A stretch of 64,000 nt of DNA from a virus: positions 32,001-96,000 of IMG/VR virus record IMGVR_UViG_3300037042_003932, one strand, 5' to 3'. Positions 37,117 to 48,000 of this stretch are shown one piece after another. The translations under genes and the position numbers were made by a program. The notes below the pieces were generated by a model. That model ran no database searches, was not told the origin of the DNA, and saw only the letters and a list, made by a program, of their open reading frames with translations. How positions within the stretch are numbered: position 1 is the first letter of the stretch; each line of letters starts with the position of its first letter.

Positions 37117-40100
37117 TCACGGGTAAATATACGAGACTCCAGCAGGATAGTTCGAGTCAATGGTAATGCCAAGAGCACGCTCAACGAATTCTGTACGTGT
37201 ATACGGCGTTGGCAACGTTACCCTAACATACCCAGGCTCCAGACCGTCCAACATTAACGGCGTAAACCCTAGAGTCGTATCCGGCTGGGGTCCGCTGCCC
37301 TCATTAAGGATTACGACAGTTCTAGCCGTGAACGTGATGTCTGCGGCGACGTCCCACGTAGTAATCGGGGTAACGAGGCCATGGTCGAGGGACTCTGGGT
37401 CGAGATCGATAGTGTAGTCTCGTCCTTCCAAAGCATCAATGCCCCCTACGGTTGCATGGATGGTACACTGAACAATTCTCTCACCCACGCCAACTCCCAA
37501 AACGAAAGGAGCAGCTGGAGGTGATGCCAGTACCTGAGATGTCCGGTCGTAGACCTGATACCTATAAAAATCATCGAGACAATAAGGCTGATCCAAGTAC
37601 AGACCACAGTCTGGGAATTGAATCCCGTCTAACCCCGAGAAGTCATACCCGAAATCCAACTGGAGAGTATCCCACAGCTCTTGGGAATCGATGAAGATAT
37701 CTCCGGACTCAACGTACGGATACGTGTACGAAGGTTTGACAATCAGAATGATATTAGCCAAATCATCCTGGAACTCCTGCGTCATCTCAACGTTAGGATC
37801 AATAGAGATAAAGAACATATGAAATTTCAAGTACTGGTCCATCAAACAGAAAGCAGCTCCGTGCCTAAAAATATCAACCTCGGTCGAACCTAAGCCATCT
37901 GTGGGTGTGAGAACCATCCCGGTATCGTCTGCGTCCAAGAACAAACCTGGGTCATCGATACACGAAAAGTCTTCAGAATCTAGAATACTTGCGTACAACC
38001 TGGTCGTAGCGAATCTTCGGTCTGGACCAGCGTTAGGCCAAAGAATACTTGGGATGTACTTGTTGTTCCACCACTCAGGGTCTTCCACGTAATCCGTAAC
38101 GGTAAACGCTGTCGTAAGAATCTCGAAAGCTTCAAACGACAATTTGTTATAGTTTGAAGGGTCCTCAAGGTCCGCACGAACAGGGATATTAAATGGATAC
38201 GAATAGGTCCGTGTGATTCCGAGGGTGTTCACCGTAGACACCACTTTTGCGTAGTCCCACGAGACTATCCAAGCCAACGAGGATTCCGACACCATTGGGA
38301 ACTCTGATGATAGCACCAGCGTATGCGCGTCCGTCACGCTCGATATTTGATACTTACCGTCATTTGCGTCGTTGCCTGTGTTGGAGAAAACAATCCATCC
38401 ACCTACATCAGCAGAGGAAAACGACGCAGACGCCGACGTAAATATTTTCGAGGTACCCACAGCCGTAAGCACACCGTCAGAGCCTGACGCGTTGACCCCG
38501 TTGCTATACCCCGTAAATACTTCACCGTCGCTTCGGATGACCGGGTAGCCCGCAGCCACGTTCAAGGCCGCTTCCACGATGTAGAGCTTCGGTCCAGAGG
38601 TGTACAAGTACATCACACCGCGCAAAAAGTTCTTGTACGTTTCGGACGAAGCTGCAAATCGGTTCAGCAAGTACCCATAATTGTTGTACAAATCAAAACG
38701 ATCAACCAACACCTCCGGAACCCAGAGGCTTAGTTCTCGAACGTTGTTGGAAGCTAGCTCCTCAGTCCTACCACCTGCGGATAAAAAGACCTCAGTCATG
38801 TACTCATATGAACAGAAACGTATCAGGGATGACGGACTCCAGTACGGAATACTCAACTGTCGAATGTATGTCCAATGGATATCAGCCTCCGACGTCACAC
38901 CCGTAAGTGTAACACCCGCAGAGTCCACGAGGGTTAACCCGTAAAAAGTAGGGGCCGAGGCATCAATAGCTGTAATGGTGTACTCACCGAGTGGATAGAG
39001 AACGGATTCTGTAATTTGAATCTTTGAACCTATATCCGCTATCGGGTCTAGCTCGATACCTGTTGGAGCCCATGGGTACCTAGCCACCTGGAGTACATCA
39101 GTACTTGCGTTAAAAAATCCATACTCAGAGAAGGGGTTAACGTTATTCACGTACGGCAAGGGCTGTATGATTCCCTTGGTGTAGTTCACCGTGTAATCAA
39201 CACCTTCAGTAACAGGTCTACCATCGACTCTGGTCGCATACACCCTAACAGTTCCAGGGATCAAATGCTTCACACCTAGACTTGTTGCTCCATATGAGGG
39301 TGACGAACCATCGTAATTTTGGATTAGGTTCGAGCCTTCATAGTCGTAGTCTCTACGAATTACAGCGTAAACTAAAGGAGCCGAGTAACCTAGTGGAAAT
39401 GGAGTGTTGTAGTTACCGATGATATTCACACCGTCGAAATAATCGACCTCATACTGCTCTTCTTCCGCGTCAAAATAAATCGCTTTATAGTGCCTCCACC
39501 TAAGGTCAGCAGCCGACGTCGCTGTCGGAAGGTTGAACAGCAAGTTGCCGATAGCATTAGGGAGGTAGACGGTAGTGTTCACAGACAAGTGTTGTCTGTC
39601 GACCAGATAAAAACCAACATACGCTGGGTTAGATGGAGACGCGTACACCTCGATGATGTCCCCAACGTGCGTATCGTCAAACATAGTGGTGGACACGTCC
39701 CCTACAAAGGCAACGTCACCAGTAACAACAAACTGTCCGGTGTTACCTTCCTGAACTAGGGGGCCACGGTAGGCCAATATATTGAGTGTATCACCCTTTC
39801 GTACTGCTGTGTCCTGCTCCCAATTACCTGTGGTGAAGCCAGAATCAACAAGCCTATTGCCTACTTGGATGTTCGTGTAACGCCACGCTACACCCGACAG
39901 GGGAACCTTGATTCCTAGGTTCGGGTCAACGACCTCGTTGAAGATATCCCGATTGAAGTAAACAAATCCGTCGTCATCTTTGAGAGTGAAATCGACGTCA
40001 TTCTCGAACGTAACGGAGGGGTCAAAGATAGAATTCTGCATGAGTACCAGCGATACTTCAGAACCTGGCATGTCATACTTGTACTTGTCGTCTATCTCGT

Positions 40101-40359
40101 ACTGACCCTCAACGAACGAGAGCTCATTCTCTTTGATGAGAAAGAGCTTCCAGTACTCTTTATTGAACACAGGCGTATCAACAAGCCCGGTGCTGAGAAC
40201 GCTCCCTAAGAGGTCAAGGTACACTTGCCCGAGGTACTGTTCCGAGGCTTTGTAGTACGCGTGCAGGTCCTTAGTGTCTCGAAAAAATTTCTGCCAGAAA
40301 CCTGACAAACCACCGAATAATGAGGAGTTATAGTCGTCGACTTCGAACGGTTGAGGCAT
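37117..40359 (-). CDS. Baseplate wedge-like structural protein
   Basis: 1080 aa following the J-like gene. SSETYKNFLRGV...AALNVAAG, IVKPSYT, repeated EGVDYTV-type motifs. Confidence 0.6.
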   Translation of the reverse strand: MPQPFEVDDYNSSLFGGLSGFWQKFFRDTKDLHAYYKASEQYLGQVYLDLLGSVLSTGLVDTPVFNKEYWKLFLIKENELSFVEGQYEIDDKYKYDMPGSEVSLVLMQNSIFDPSVTFENDVDFTLKDDDGFVYFNRDIFNEVVDPNLGIKVPLSGVAWRYTNIQVGNRLVDSGFTTGNWEQDTAVRKGDTLNILAYRGPLVQEGNTGQFVVTGDVAFVGDVSTTMFDDTHVGDIIEVYASPSNPAYVGFYLVDRQHLSVNTTVYLPNAIGNLLFNLPTATSAADLRWRHYKAIYFDAEEEQYEVDYFDGVNIIGNYNTPFPLGYSAPLVYAVIRRDYDYEGSNLIQNYDGSSPSYGATSLGVKHLIPGTVRVYATRVDGRPVTEGVDYTVNYTKGIIQPLPYVNNVNPFSEYGFFNASTDVLQVARYPWAPTGIELDPIADIGSKIQITESVLYPLGEYTITAIDASAPTFYGLTLVDSAGVTLTGVTSEADIHWTYIRQLSIPYWSPSSLIRFCSYEYMTEVFLSAGGRTEELASNNVRELSLWVPEVLVDRFDLYNNYGYLLNRFAASSETYKNFLRGVMYLYTSGPKLYIVEAALNVAAGYPVIRSDGEVFTGYSNGVNASGSDGVLTAVGTSKIFTSASASFSSADVGGWIVFSNTGNDANDGKYQISSVTDAHTLVLSSEFPMVSESSLAWIVSWDYAKVVSTVNTLGITRTYSYPFNIPVRADLEDPSNYNKLSFEAFEILTTAFTVTDYVEDPEWWNNKYIPSILWPNAGPDRRFATTRLYASILDSEDFSCIDDPGLFLDADDTGMVLTPTDGLGSTEVDIFRHGAAFCLMDQYLKFHMFFISIDPNVEMTQEFQDDLANIILIVKPSYTYPYVESGDIFIDSQELWDTLQLDFGYDFSGLDGIQFPDCGLYLDQPYCLDDFYRYQVYDRTSQVLASPPAAPFVLGVGVGERIVQCTIHATVGGIDALEGRDYTIDLDPESLDHGLVTPITTWDVAADITFTARTVVILNEGSGPQPDTTLGFTPLMLDGLEPGYVRVTLPTPYTRTEFVERALGITIDSNYPAGVSYIYP

Positions 40360-40363
40360 CAGA

Positions 40364-42505
40364 TTAACTCCTCAGGTAGACAGTGATCAGTTCAGGGCGG
40401 CTCCGGTACACCACAGTTCTATCAGAGATTCCACTGTAGTTATAGAGCTCCAACAAATCATTGCCCGTGGAGATCGACGTGATTCCTTTACTCTGTAAAG
40501 CAGCGGGAACGACGATCTCGTCTCCGTTGGTAAGAGTAACCCCGTTCGTGTCAGTCACCAAGATGGATACGATGTCCGTGGTCGAAAACTCTGCTACCTG
40601 TCCATCAGGCAGGTTAAGAGCGTAAGTGATGTCAAAAGGAAACACAGTGCTAATCTGGTTGTAGTTGACACGCAACTCCGTCATCAGGTCAGACATGTCG
40701 AGGTAATCGTTAGCATCGAACGCGTTAATGAACGCTGAGATGCTCGATTGTATCTCTTCAAAAGACGACGAAGCCGCGACAGTTGGCTTGTACCGAACAG
40801 GAATCATCGCGGATATCCAGATGTTATGTCGGGCTCGCACTAGATGATTCGCAGCCAATACTCGATCCGAGATATTCTTTGTGTAGTTATGGACACTCAT
40901 GAAGCCTGGGAGCGTCTTGTAACGAACACGCAGATTCTTTTCGTTGAAGGCTGCTGATACTAACCCGGTGTCTGGGTCGTAATAGCCAACGTTTACGCCG
41001 ATGACCGCTTCAGCCGACTGACTCTTCTCTGGGTTAAGAACTGTCACCTGATACTGAGAAGTACCAACAACGGACCCCTGGATAGGTGGAAGATTCGTTC
41101 TGTTTTGGAACTTTATTGTTCCGCTCGTAGGGTCTTTAAACGGGTCAGAGCTATCCGGGTTTGTTAACTCGACACTCAAGATGTCGAGAATAGGATTCCC
41201 CGATAAATAAATCCCACCGGACGTTCGTAGTCGTCGAGAGGTTCCCGCTGTGACATATGACAAGGTAGGGTTCGCACTGACTGCTGCCGTACGCACAAAC
41301 GAATATGCTGGTAGATTGTCAAAGTTGACGTTGTCGAAGTAGGGAGACAGCCACCCAATGGAATACTCTACCGCATTCGTCGTGAGTTCATCTGACGCCT
41401 GCGTGAATGGCGTTGCTTCAGACACATGGAGCTCGTCGTCGAATACTCCATGGATGGTATAGCCACGCGGAGACCCTACGATCCCTGAGCGAATGTACAG
41501 CACATGACCAGGCTGAACACCGAGGTCTGTGAACTTCTTGCTCGTGCCGTCGTACGTAAGCTGCGGGTCGCGGAACACCATCGCTTTACCATCTGGTCGC
41601 GGGAAAAGACGGCCAATGGTTGCGTTCTCTTCTTTAACGCCCTCGGGCATCTCGATATACGTGTCGTAATGACCACCCACATGAAGTTCAATATGTTCCG
41701 CTACTTCCAGCCTCTTATCCCGAAGCATCTCAGGTTCACCCATACCAACAGTAAGGGTTGTCCAGATGTCAGGAAACTCATTCTGCAAAACGGTATCAAT
41801 GGACCGGTTGTTAATCAGATTCCTGACGGTCACTACGTTCTGAGCTCTCTCAATCAGGTCAGCAGTAGTCTCGACTACACTTCCGTCAGAACTACCGACC
41901 GAGTGATTCACATACGACAAGTAAGGGATTCCCGAAGGAGATTCCACACGAGTGAATCTGCCAGCAGACAGGTTGTAACTGTCGCCCGTACGAGCCGCTT
42001 TCAACGGGATATCCGCCACGTAGTCGATGAGACGACCCTTCGTGTCGTACACGGGCCGCATGCTGTCACTCGGTATGACCAGAGAGCCATCAACGATATC
42101 CAGGTAGAATACCAGAGATGGTGTACGCCAGAACTTGATGTCACTACGCAGCGTGACTGTCGCACGTTGCGTAAAGTGAATCTGCGCAGTCATCTTGGCA
42201 TGGGTTCCTGAGTTCCTAGAGACGAACCAATTCGACAGAATCTCATCGACCATCTGAGACACGTCGGGTGAATCCAGGTCACCATCGACGTCTGCTTCAT
42301 CTTGCACCTTCTTCAGCGATTGCATCTTCGACACGTGCGCGACTTCACCACGTAAAAAAGCAAAGATGTTCGCAAAGGCTTGAACCGCTAAATCGCGAAG
42401 GGCGCTTCCTGGCTGAAACGAACCTTCCGGAACAGCTTCTGTCAGGTATTCAGTGAGAAAGTTTTCAGCAGCAGTGACATCTTCGGTTGAGATATTAATA
42501 CGCAT
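40364..42505 (-). CDS. Baseplate J-like protein
   Basis: GSALRDLAV, VSRNSGTHA, AARTGDSYNL, GSVVETTADLIER. Follows a gp25-like gene. Confidence 0.75.
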   Translation of the reverse strand: MRINISTEDVTAAENFLTEYLTEAVPEGSFQPGSALRDLAVQAFANIFAFLRGEVAHVSKMQSLKKVQDEADVDGDLDSPDVSQMVDEILSNWFVSRNSGTHAKMTAQIHFTQRATVTLRSDIKFWRTPSLVFYLDIVDGSLVIPSDSMRPVYDTKGRLIDYVADIPLKAARTGDSYNLSAGRFTRVESPSGIPYLSYVNHSVGSSDGSVVETTADLIERAQNVVTVRNLINNRSIDTVLQNEFPDIWTTLTVGMGEPEMLRDKRLEVAEHIELHVGGHYDTYIEMPEGVKEENATIGRLFPRPDGKAMVFRDPQLTYDGTSKKFTDLGVQPGHVLYIRSGIVGSPRGYTIHGVFDDELHVSEATPFTQASDELTTNAVEYSIGWLSPYFDNVNFDNLPAYSFVRTAAVSANPTLSYVTAGTSRRLRTSGGIYLSGNPILDILSVELTNPDSSDPFKDPTSGTIKFQNRTNLPPIQGSVVGTSQYQVTVLNPEKSQSAEAVIGVNVGYYDPDTGLVSAAFNEKNLRVRYKTLPGFMSVHNYTKNISDRVLAANHLVRARHNIWISAMIPVRYKPTVAASSSFEEIQSSISAFINAFDANDYLDMSDLMTELRVNYNQISTVFPFDITYALNLPDGQVAEFSTTDIVSILVTDTNGVTLTNGDEIVVPAALQSKGITSISTGNDLLELYNYSGISDRTVVYRSRPELITVYLRS

Positions 42506-42508
42506 TGG

Positions 42509-42949
42509 TTACCTGTCTGCCAATTCAACCAGTTTTACTGTTAGAGACTCATTCAGCTTATTCGAAATCTCAACCCAGATACTCACGGTAGACGACGAAG
42601 CATCATACGAAATAGACGTCAGCCTGGCATAACCCAAAGATTCATCTTCAGGATACCCACCGCCTGACTCTTGGTCCGCGAGTTGGTCGTTCGTGTCGTC
42701 TATAGCCAAGACAACAGCGTCTTCGATATCCGGGTTGTCCTGGTTTACGTTAACGCCAATTAGCGAGGCAAAAGAAGTCCCAGAATCCTGGTGCAATGGA
42801 TCGCTACCTACGGGGGTCATGAACGTCTTGATCCATCTATTCACAAGGGCTTGCAACCCCCAGACCTTTAGAGACGAAACAAAACCAAAGGTAAATGCCT
42901 TACCTCCGTACGTCTCATTTGCTGCCGTAGGCTGAAAATGGATGTCCAT
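42509..42949 (-). CDS. Baseplate wedge gp25/W-like protein
   Basis: 146 aa, FMTPVGSDPLHQDSGTSF. Position directly before the J-like gene. Confidence 0.7.
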   Translation of the reverse strand: MDIHFQPTAANETYGGKAFTFGFVSSLKVWGLQALVNRWIKTFMTPVGSDPLHQDSGTSFASLIGVNVNQDNPDIEDAVVLAIDDTNDQLADQESGGGYPEDESLGYARLTSISYDASSSTVSIWVEISNKLNESLTVKLVELADR

Positions 42950-42952
42950 CGA

Positions 42953-44326
42953 TCACACCGTCCCTTCCGAGTCCAACGGGATAATTTTAGGCGTAGCGGG
43001 CTTGGCGTTAGCCGCTTGCTCCAAAACTCTACCTACGCTCGCTCTAGCAGCTTGCAACGAGCTTTCTTGCCCACTACGAACAGCTGCCTGGTACCTGTAC
43101 GCAGAAGAATCTTGTTTCGCCTCTAGGTTCGAACGATAAGCTCCCGCGATAACCGCAACCGCTGGGTTACCGGTCATCTGCTTGTTCAAACCCATGGCGT
43201 CAGGACCTATAGCGTTCGCCGCTTCTTCAGCCCAAGACATGTACGATGCGTACGAGTCATCGTTGGGTTTCCAAACATTAAACAACGCTACCGCTGACTG
43301 TTGCCCAGCTATCAAGCTATAAAGGGACGCCCACTCTTCCTCAACCTGTAAATGCGGAGAGACATCCACTAGGTCTGCAGACGTTCCTTGGATGTGGCTA
43401 CGCATCGTAATCCCAGTGAACGACGCAGACACCGACCGCGCAGAAGAAGAGTGAGTTTCGCTGTTCAAATCGGGGTATGCAATGCGCAGTTTAGCCACCA
43501 AGGTAGCCAACGTTACGTACTGCATAGGTGAGTAATCCCAGTACTTTAGGTTACCCTCAGTCCCTAGGGGGTCTCCTCCTGGTAACCATGTCGCGGGAAC
43601 GACCTCAAAAGATGACAGATCAACATCCAAGTACAACGCTTCTTCAAGCGCTATCGACACACAAGTCTCGCTAAGACTCCCAGCTGACCCGTAGATATTG
43701 TTCGTGTCTCCTAGGATGTAAAGATCTCCATTCCGGCTAATAACGAAATGGACACCTTCTTTACGATCCGGGGGATTCAAAAAATACTGCAGGCTAGAAG
43801 ACAACCGCCTAGAGTTGTACATCCCGTTCTCGGGGACAGTACCCTTGGGAAGCCACACCTGCACGATGCTACTCTCAGACACCTGCTGCGCAAAGTACTC
43901 CCTGCCACCTGGGACGTTCATAGCTCCCTTCCACTTCCCAGAAGCCTTGAACGCGTGCCAGGTAGACCCGAAAGAATGAAGAACAATCTGCTTCACTTCG
44001 CGTGCTGTGTCTTTGGACCACGGGACAAATGAGTTGGGGGACGCAAAGGTATAGTAGACCTTCGACGTAGGTGGAAACCCTTCGGCAGACAACAGCCGCT
44101 TACTCAGAGTTGTCGCTGGGACATCGTACGTGCTCGTGTTCGTCTGGACACCTACAACCCGGTCGTGGTGTCCGCTGACATTACCGAGTAAAGAAAGCCA
44201 ATCAGACGCCTTGGCTTCTTCAGTCTCGTACGTAGAATCCGCAGGGGAAGAAGCTGTCTTTCTAGCTGATGTGTTCTCTGCTGCCTGCTGAGACAACTGC
44301 GATTTCTGTTTTCCAGAGATGGGCAT
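42953..44326 (-). CDS. Baseplate-cluster protein with Amidase_2-like domain
   Basis: KQIVLHS, GVHFVISRNGDLY, VSIALE, QYVTLATLVAKL. Confidence 0.65.
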   Translation of the reverse strand: MPISGKQKSQLSQQAAENTSARKTASSPADSTYETEEAKASDWLSLLGNVSGHHDRVVGVQTNTSTYDVPATTLSKRLLSAEGFPPTSKVYYTFASPNSFVPWSKDTAREVKQIVLHSFGSTWHAFKASGKWKGAMNVPGGREYFAQQVSESSIVQVWLPKGTVPENGMYNSRRLSSSLQYFLNPPDRKEGVHFVISRNGDLYILGDTNNIYGSAGSLSETCVSIALEEALYLDVDLSSFEVVPATWLPGGDPLGTEGNLKYWDYSPMQYVTLATLVAKLRIAYPDLNSETHSSSARSVSASFTGITMRSHIQGTSADLVDVSPHLQVEEEWASLYSLIAGQQSAVALFNVWKPNDDSYASYMSWAEEAANAIGPDAMGLNKQMTGNPAVAVIAGAYRSNLEAKQDSSAYRYQAAVRSGQESSLQAARASVGRVLEQAANAKPATPKIIPLDSEGTV

Positions 44327-45027
44327 CAGTGACCTCCACGTTGTATTCTCTGGAGATCGTCGATGAACTTTCTCTTCTTGTAGCTAAGCTGACCCTGAGT
44401 CATGTTGTACTTCTTCATCAGCTGGCTGTTGGACATAGCAGACTTACCCTTGTAGCCAATAATGTCCTCGAACAGAGGCTTATCCATGGGTGATAGCCCG
44501 AAGTGATAAAAATCCACCATGCCGTCGTCAGCGTCAGCATCGAAGGAGGCTCCCTCGGACTCCACGAGCTCACGGCGGTCAAACGCTCGCTGGAATGTGA
44601 CAACCCTCTTAGGTGTCCACCCTAAGTGGTCTGCCATCTCATCCGTAGTCGGGTCTCTACCAAGCTGGTCAGATAGCGACGTCTTCCCTACGTTGTACGC
44701 GTGATAGAAGAGCTGCTGGTTCTCCGGGATTCGAGCTACGTTCATGTGTGGGTACACACTGCGAGAGAGCTTACGCAGCCGACTCGTAACGTGTGTGCCA
44801 ATCGTGGCTCCCATGTTGGGGTTGTAATTATCAAGGGCTTCCACCGCCAACAGTCTCGCCTTGGAGTTCAACGCTACTGGCGGAACTGCTTGACCCCACT
44901 TATTGACTTCGTTCTGAATGAGAGGTTGCAACTGGTTCAAGAGCTTCTCAAGAGTCTGTGGATTTCGAGTTTGCTTCCACTCTTTCCAAAGCTCTAAGTC
45001 CGTAACCTGTCGAGAAGTCATTGCCAT
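44326..45027 (-). CDS. Second phage sigma-70-family factor (sigma 2/3 regions, FliA/SigB-like)
   Basis: LEKLLNQLQPLI, EALDNYNPNMGATIGTHV, VARIPE, LGRDPTTDEMADHLGWT. Confidence 0.75.
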   Translation of the reverse strand: MAMTSRQVTDLELWKEWKQTRNPQTLEKLLNQLQPLIQNEVNKWGQAVPPVALNSKARLLAVEALDNYNPNMGATIGTHVTSRLRKLSRSVYPHMNVARIPENQQLFYHAYNVGKTSLSDQLGRDPTTDEMADHLGWTPKRVVTFQRAFDRRELVESEGASFDADADDGMVDFYHFGLSPMDKPLFEDIIGYKGKSAMSNSQLMKKYNMTQGQLSYKKRKFIDDLQRIQRGGH

Positions 45028-45039
45028 GGAGTAATCCTC

Positions 45040-48000
45040 TTATTCCGAGAGTCTCTTGGAGCGAACGAACTCTCGATACGCTTTTAGCACTTTATCCCAG
45101 TTACGTCGCGTCTGCGGTACTTGGAACATGTTATCTCTCACCGCTGTATCTAAGCGCTCCCAGTCGGCCAAAATGATATTTCCAAGAGGATCATCGATAG
45201 CTGTAACGTCCGCGCCTGTAATTTTTGATATCGTAGCAGGGTCCATGATATTCCCCGGACCTTGACGAAGCTCAAAGAGGCGCTTGTAGTACACCGCACC
45301 CTTCTTAGAATTCTTATCCTCGCTGTTGTAAGCTGTAACCGTGTTATCAGCGCTGCTATCCGACTTCGTGATGCTATTAAGATCAGTGCTGTTCTTTAGG
45401 TCTCGGAACTCTGTGATAGTCACTGCAGGTCTTGCCACGTAATGCATGGCGTCGTCATAGTTCTTAAACAAATGCCTGAATTTGGGCTTAGGCTCCGTGT
45501 ACATACCCTCTTCCCAAACCCAAGATTCGAGTGCTGCCTTCGGGATAGGTTCTCCATTTGTCTGATAGAGATCTAGCATCTCTTCCCAGTTAAAGATGGA
45601 AGTCTTTCCAGTGTCGTTCACAGTTGGGTACAGCAACGTGGTGTAAAACTCGTCAGTCTCGTCTACTGTCTGCATGATACGCGCAACTTCAGCGACAGGG
45701 TCTCTAGGAGCCGAGAGATACCCCTCATCGCTATCACGCATATAATGGTCGAGGTCCAAATCTCTATCCCGCTCTTTATACACATTCAGGAACTCAGGGA
45801 ACGACCTCAGATACCCAAGCGTCACACTTGTCGAGATTTCAGGAGATTCAACATTCCACGTATGCGACACCGATTGTACGTACCCAAAGATATCAAATTT
45901 ACTGTCTCTAGAGTCAAAAACAACAGCAGGGAAACCAGGTACAATATACGGGTCAAAAGCTAAACGAAGTGACGCTGCTCGAGGTTCGTACCGGGAACGG
46001 AAGTACTCGTACTTCGCGTACAAATCAAACAAACCTCCGAGTATCTGGTTGGTATCGCTGTCTGACTCTACGGGAGCTGCGGCGTCAGCTTCTTTTTCCG
46101 CTGTAGATGGGTCAGCAGCTTTTGCACCTGGCGTTGTTCCAACCTTCTTTACGTTCTCCGCGTGTTGCTGCGCCGCATATTCGTCGCTAACGGCATACGG
46201 AGTTTCCGCTACCTTTGCCTGAGCCGGTGTCTGGATAACAGCAGACGGAACGGCATAACCTTTAGCCTGCGGTGACCCACTTGTGCTCGCAGCACTCGCA
46301 AGAGTAACTGCTCCATCAGCCTCGGCTAACTTCTTCCACCGGCTGTATATCTTAGAGGAACGTTTACGCCACCACTCCATTGGTGTTTTTTGGTCTTCTT
46401 TTAGGAAGGATTTCTTTACCGCCGAGTTTACGTCGTTAACATCTACTCGCAAATTCCGAGACTTGATAACACCATCTTTGTACGTCTTAGTGTCAACTAG
46501 GTTCTTTAGCTTCTTAGCCGACCCTGAGCCCTCACCGTAGGCATACGCGACTAAATGCATCTTGTTCGGTACAGCAGGTAAGTCATGCTCGGGGTCTGCG
46601 TACATATCAGAAAGAATGAAATCTTTATTTTTAGCGCCTACAGCCCAAGCACACTGAGCGAGATACATACAACTCGCAGCGATGTTCAATTCAGGGTTGA
46701 AGATGTTAACTCCACCTAAACTAGCAATGTACGAATCAGTCAGTAGACGCCTCTTCTTAAGCGTCTCTATACCCTTGTCAAAAGTGCTCTGTAATGTTTG
46801 ACCCAATCCTTTTGAACTCGAGTGAGTAGACGCTACCGTAGGGTCACCACCAGACTCAGCGGCTAACGTGGACAACATAACGTAAATAGCGTCAGGGAAT
46901 CCTAGAGGTGTCAAATACTTTAGAGCTAATTCCTTATACGTAGTAAGCATAAGAGTAGTAAGCGTTCCTGCTTTTCCTTTGTAAACCTTTGGGGTGTAGC
47001 TGGGTGTATACGCAGCTCCCGTAGACGTAGCAGGCTTACCATCGACGGCTACACCAGTCCCTAGAGCCTTATAATATTGCTCCAACATCACAGCCCACGG
47101 TGGAACTCCTATATGACGGGTTACTGGACCCTTATGGAGCTCTTCAGGATAGATGAGAAAGTTCTTAGTGTTGGGCTTATCCGTCAATAGGAAAGACTTC
47201 ATCCACAGCTTAACGATGTGCGGATATCCTGTGGTCGTCATCGACTTGGTAAGCTCACCTATCTGTGCGTCGGAACTAGCCGTGAGAATCTTATTGAGGA
47301 AATCCTCACCCAGGTACACCCGAGTAGGTTGAGCCATGAAGTTTTCATTGAAGCTGTAGGACTCGATCATACTCGGGAATATGATGTTACATCGAGGCGG
47401 AACAGCAAAAATACATTGAGGCTTTACGTAGTGCGCGAGGATTGAACCTTCAGAATTGTTAGCCTTGACGTTACGCTTAGTGAAAGAACCCTCGAATAGC
47501 CGTGTGTCCTTGTTAACACTCGCAATTGGTGGAGCAGGAGTAGTCCCAATCTCCATGAGCATCACGCCCATAACCTTCTGCAAGATTTCCCACGCCGTCC
47601 CCGAATCACCAACACTGACACCAATCTGGTCAGCAAGGGCGTTCATCACGTTGACGCTCGTCACTTGATTGAGAAGCGGGAACGCACCAGTGGTCGGGTC
47701 CTTCTGGAGCTCGTCGTCGAACCCGTACAAAGCCGTCCAACGCCGCACGAAGTCCGTCTTACGCAACCAGCGACCAAAGAAATTACGACCAGGAACGGCG
47801 CAAGCAGACCTAGGGACTGTCCCTTGGGGCTCAGAGGTCAGCTCAGATTCCCCTACAGATACCTCACCCTTTAAAGCTTTGAAAATATTCCAAATGAACT
47901 CTGACGGGCTCTTAATGACCTCAAGAGGATCTTCAATATTTTCGCTTCCAGTTACGGGAACAGCTGTGGGGACCAAGCCATGACGGAATAACGACAAGGG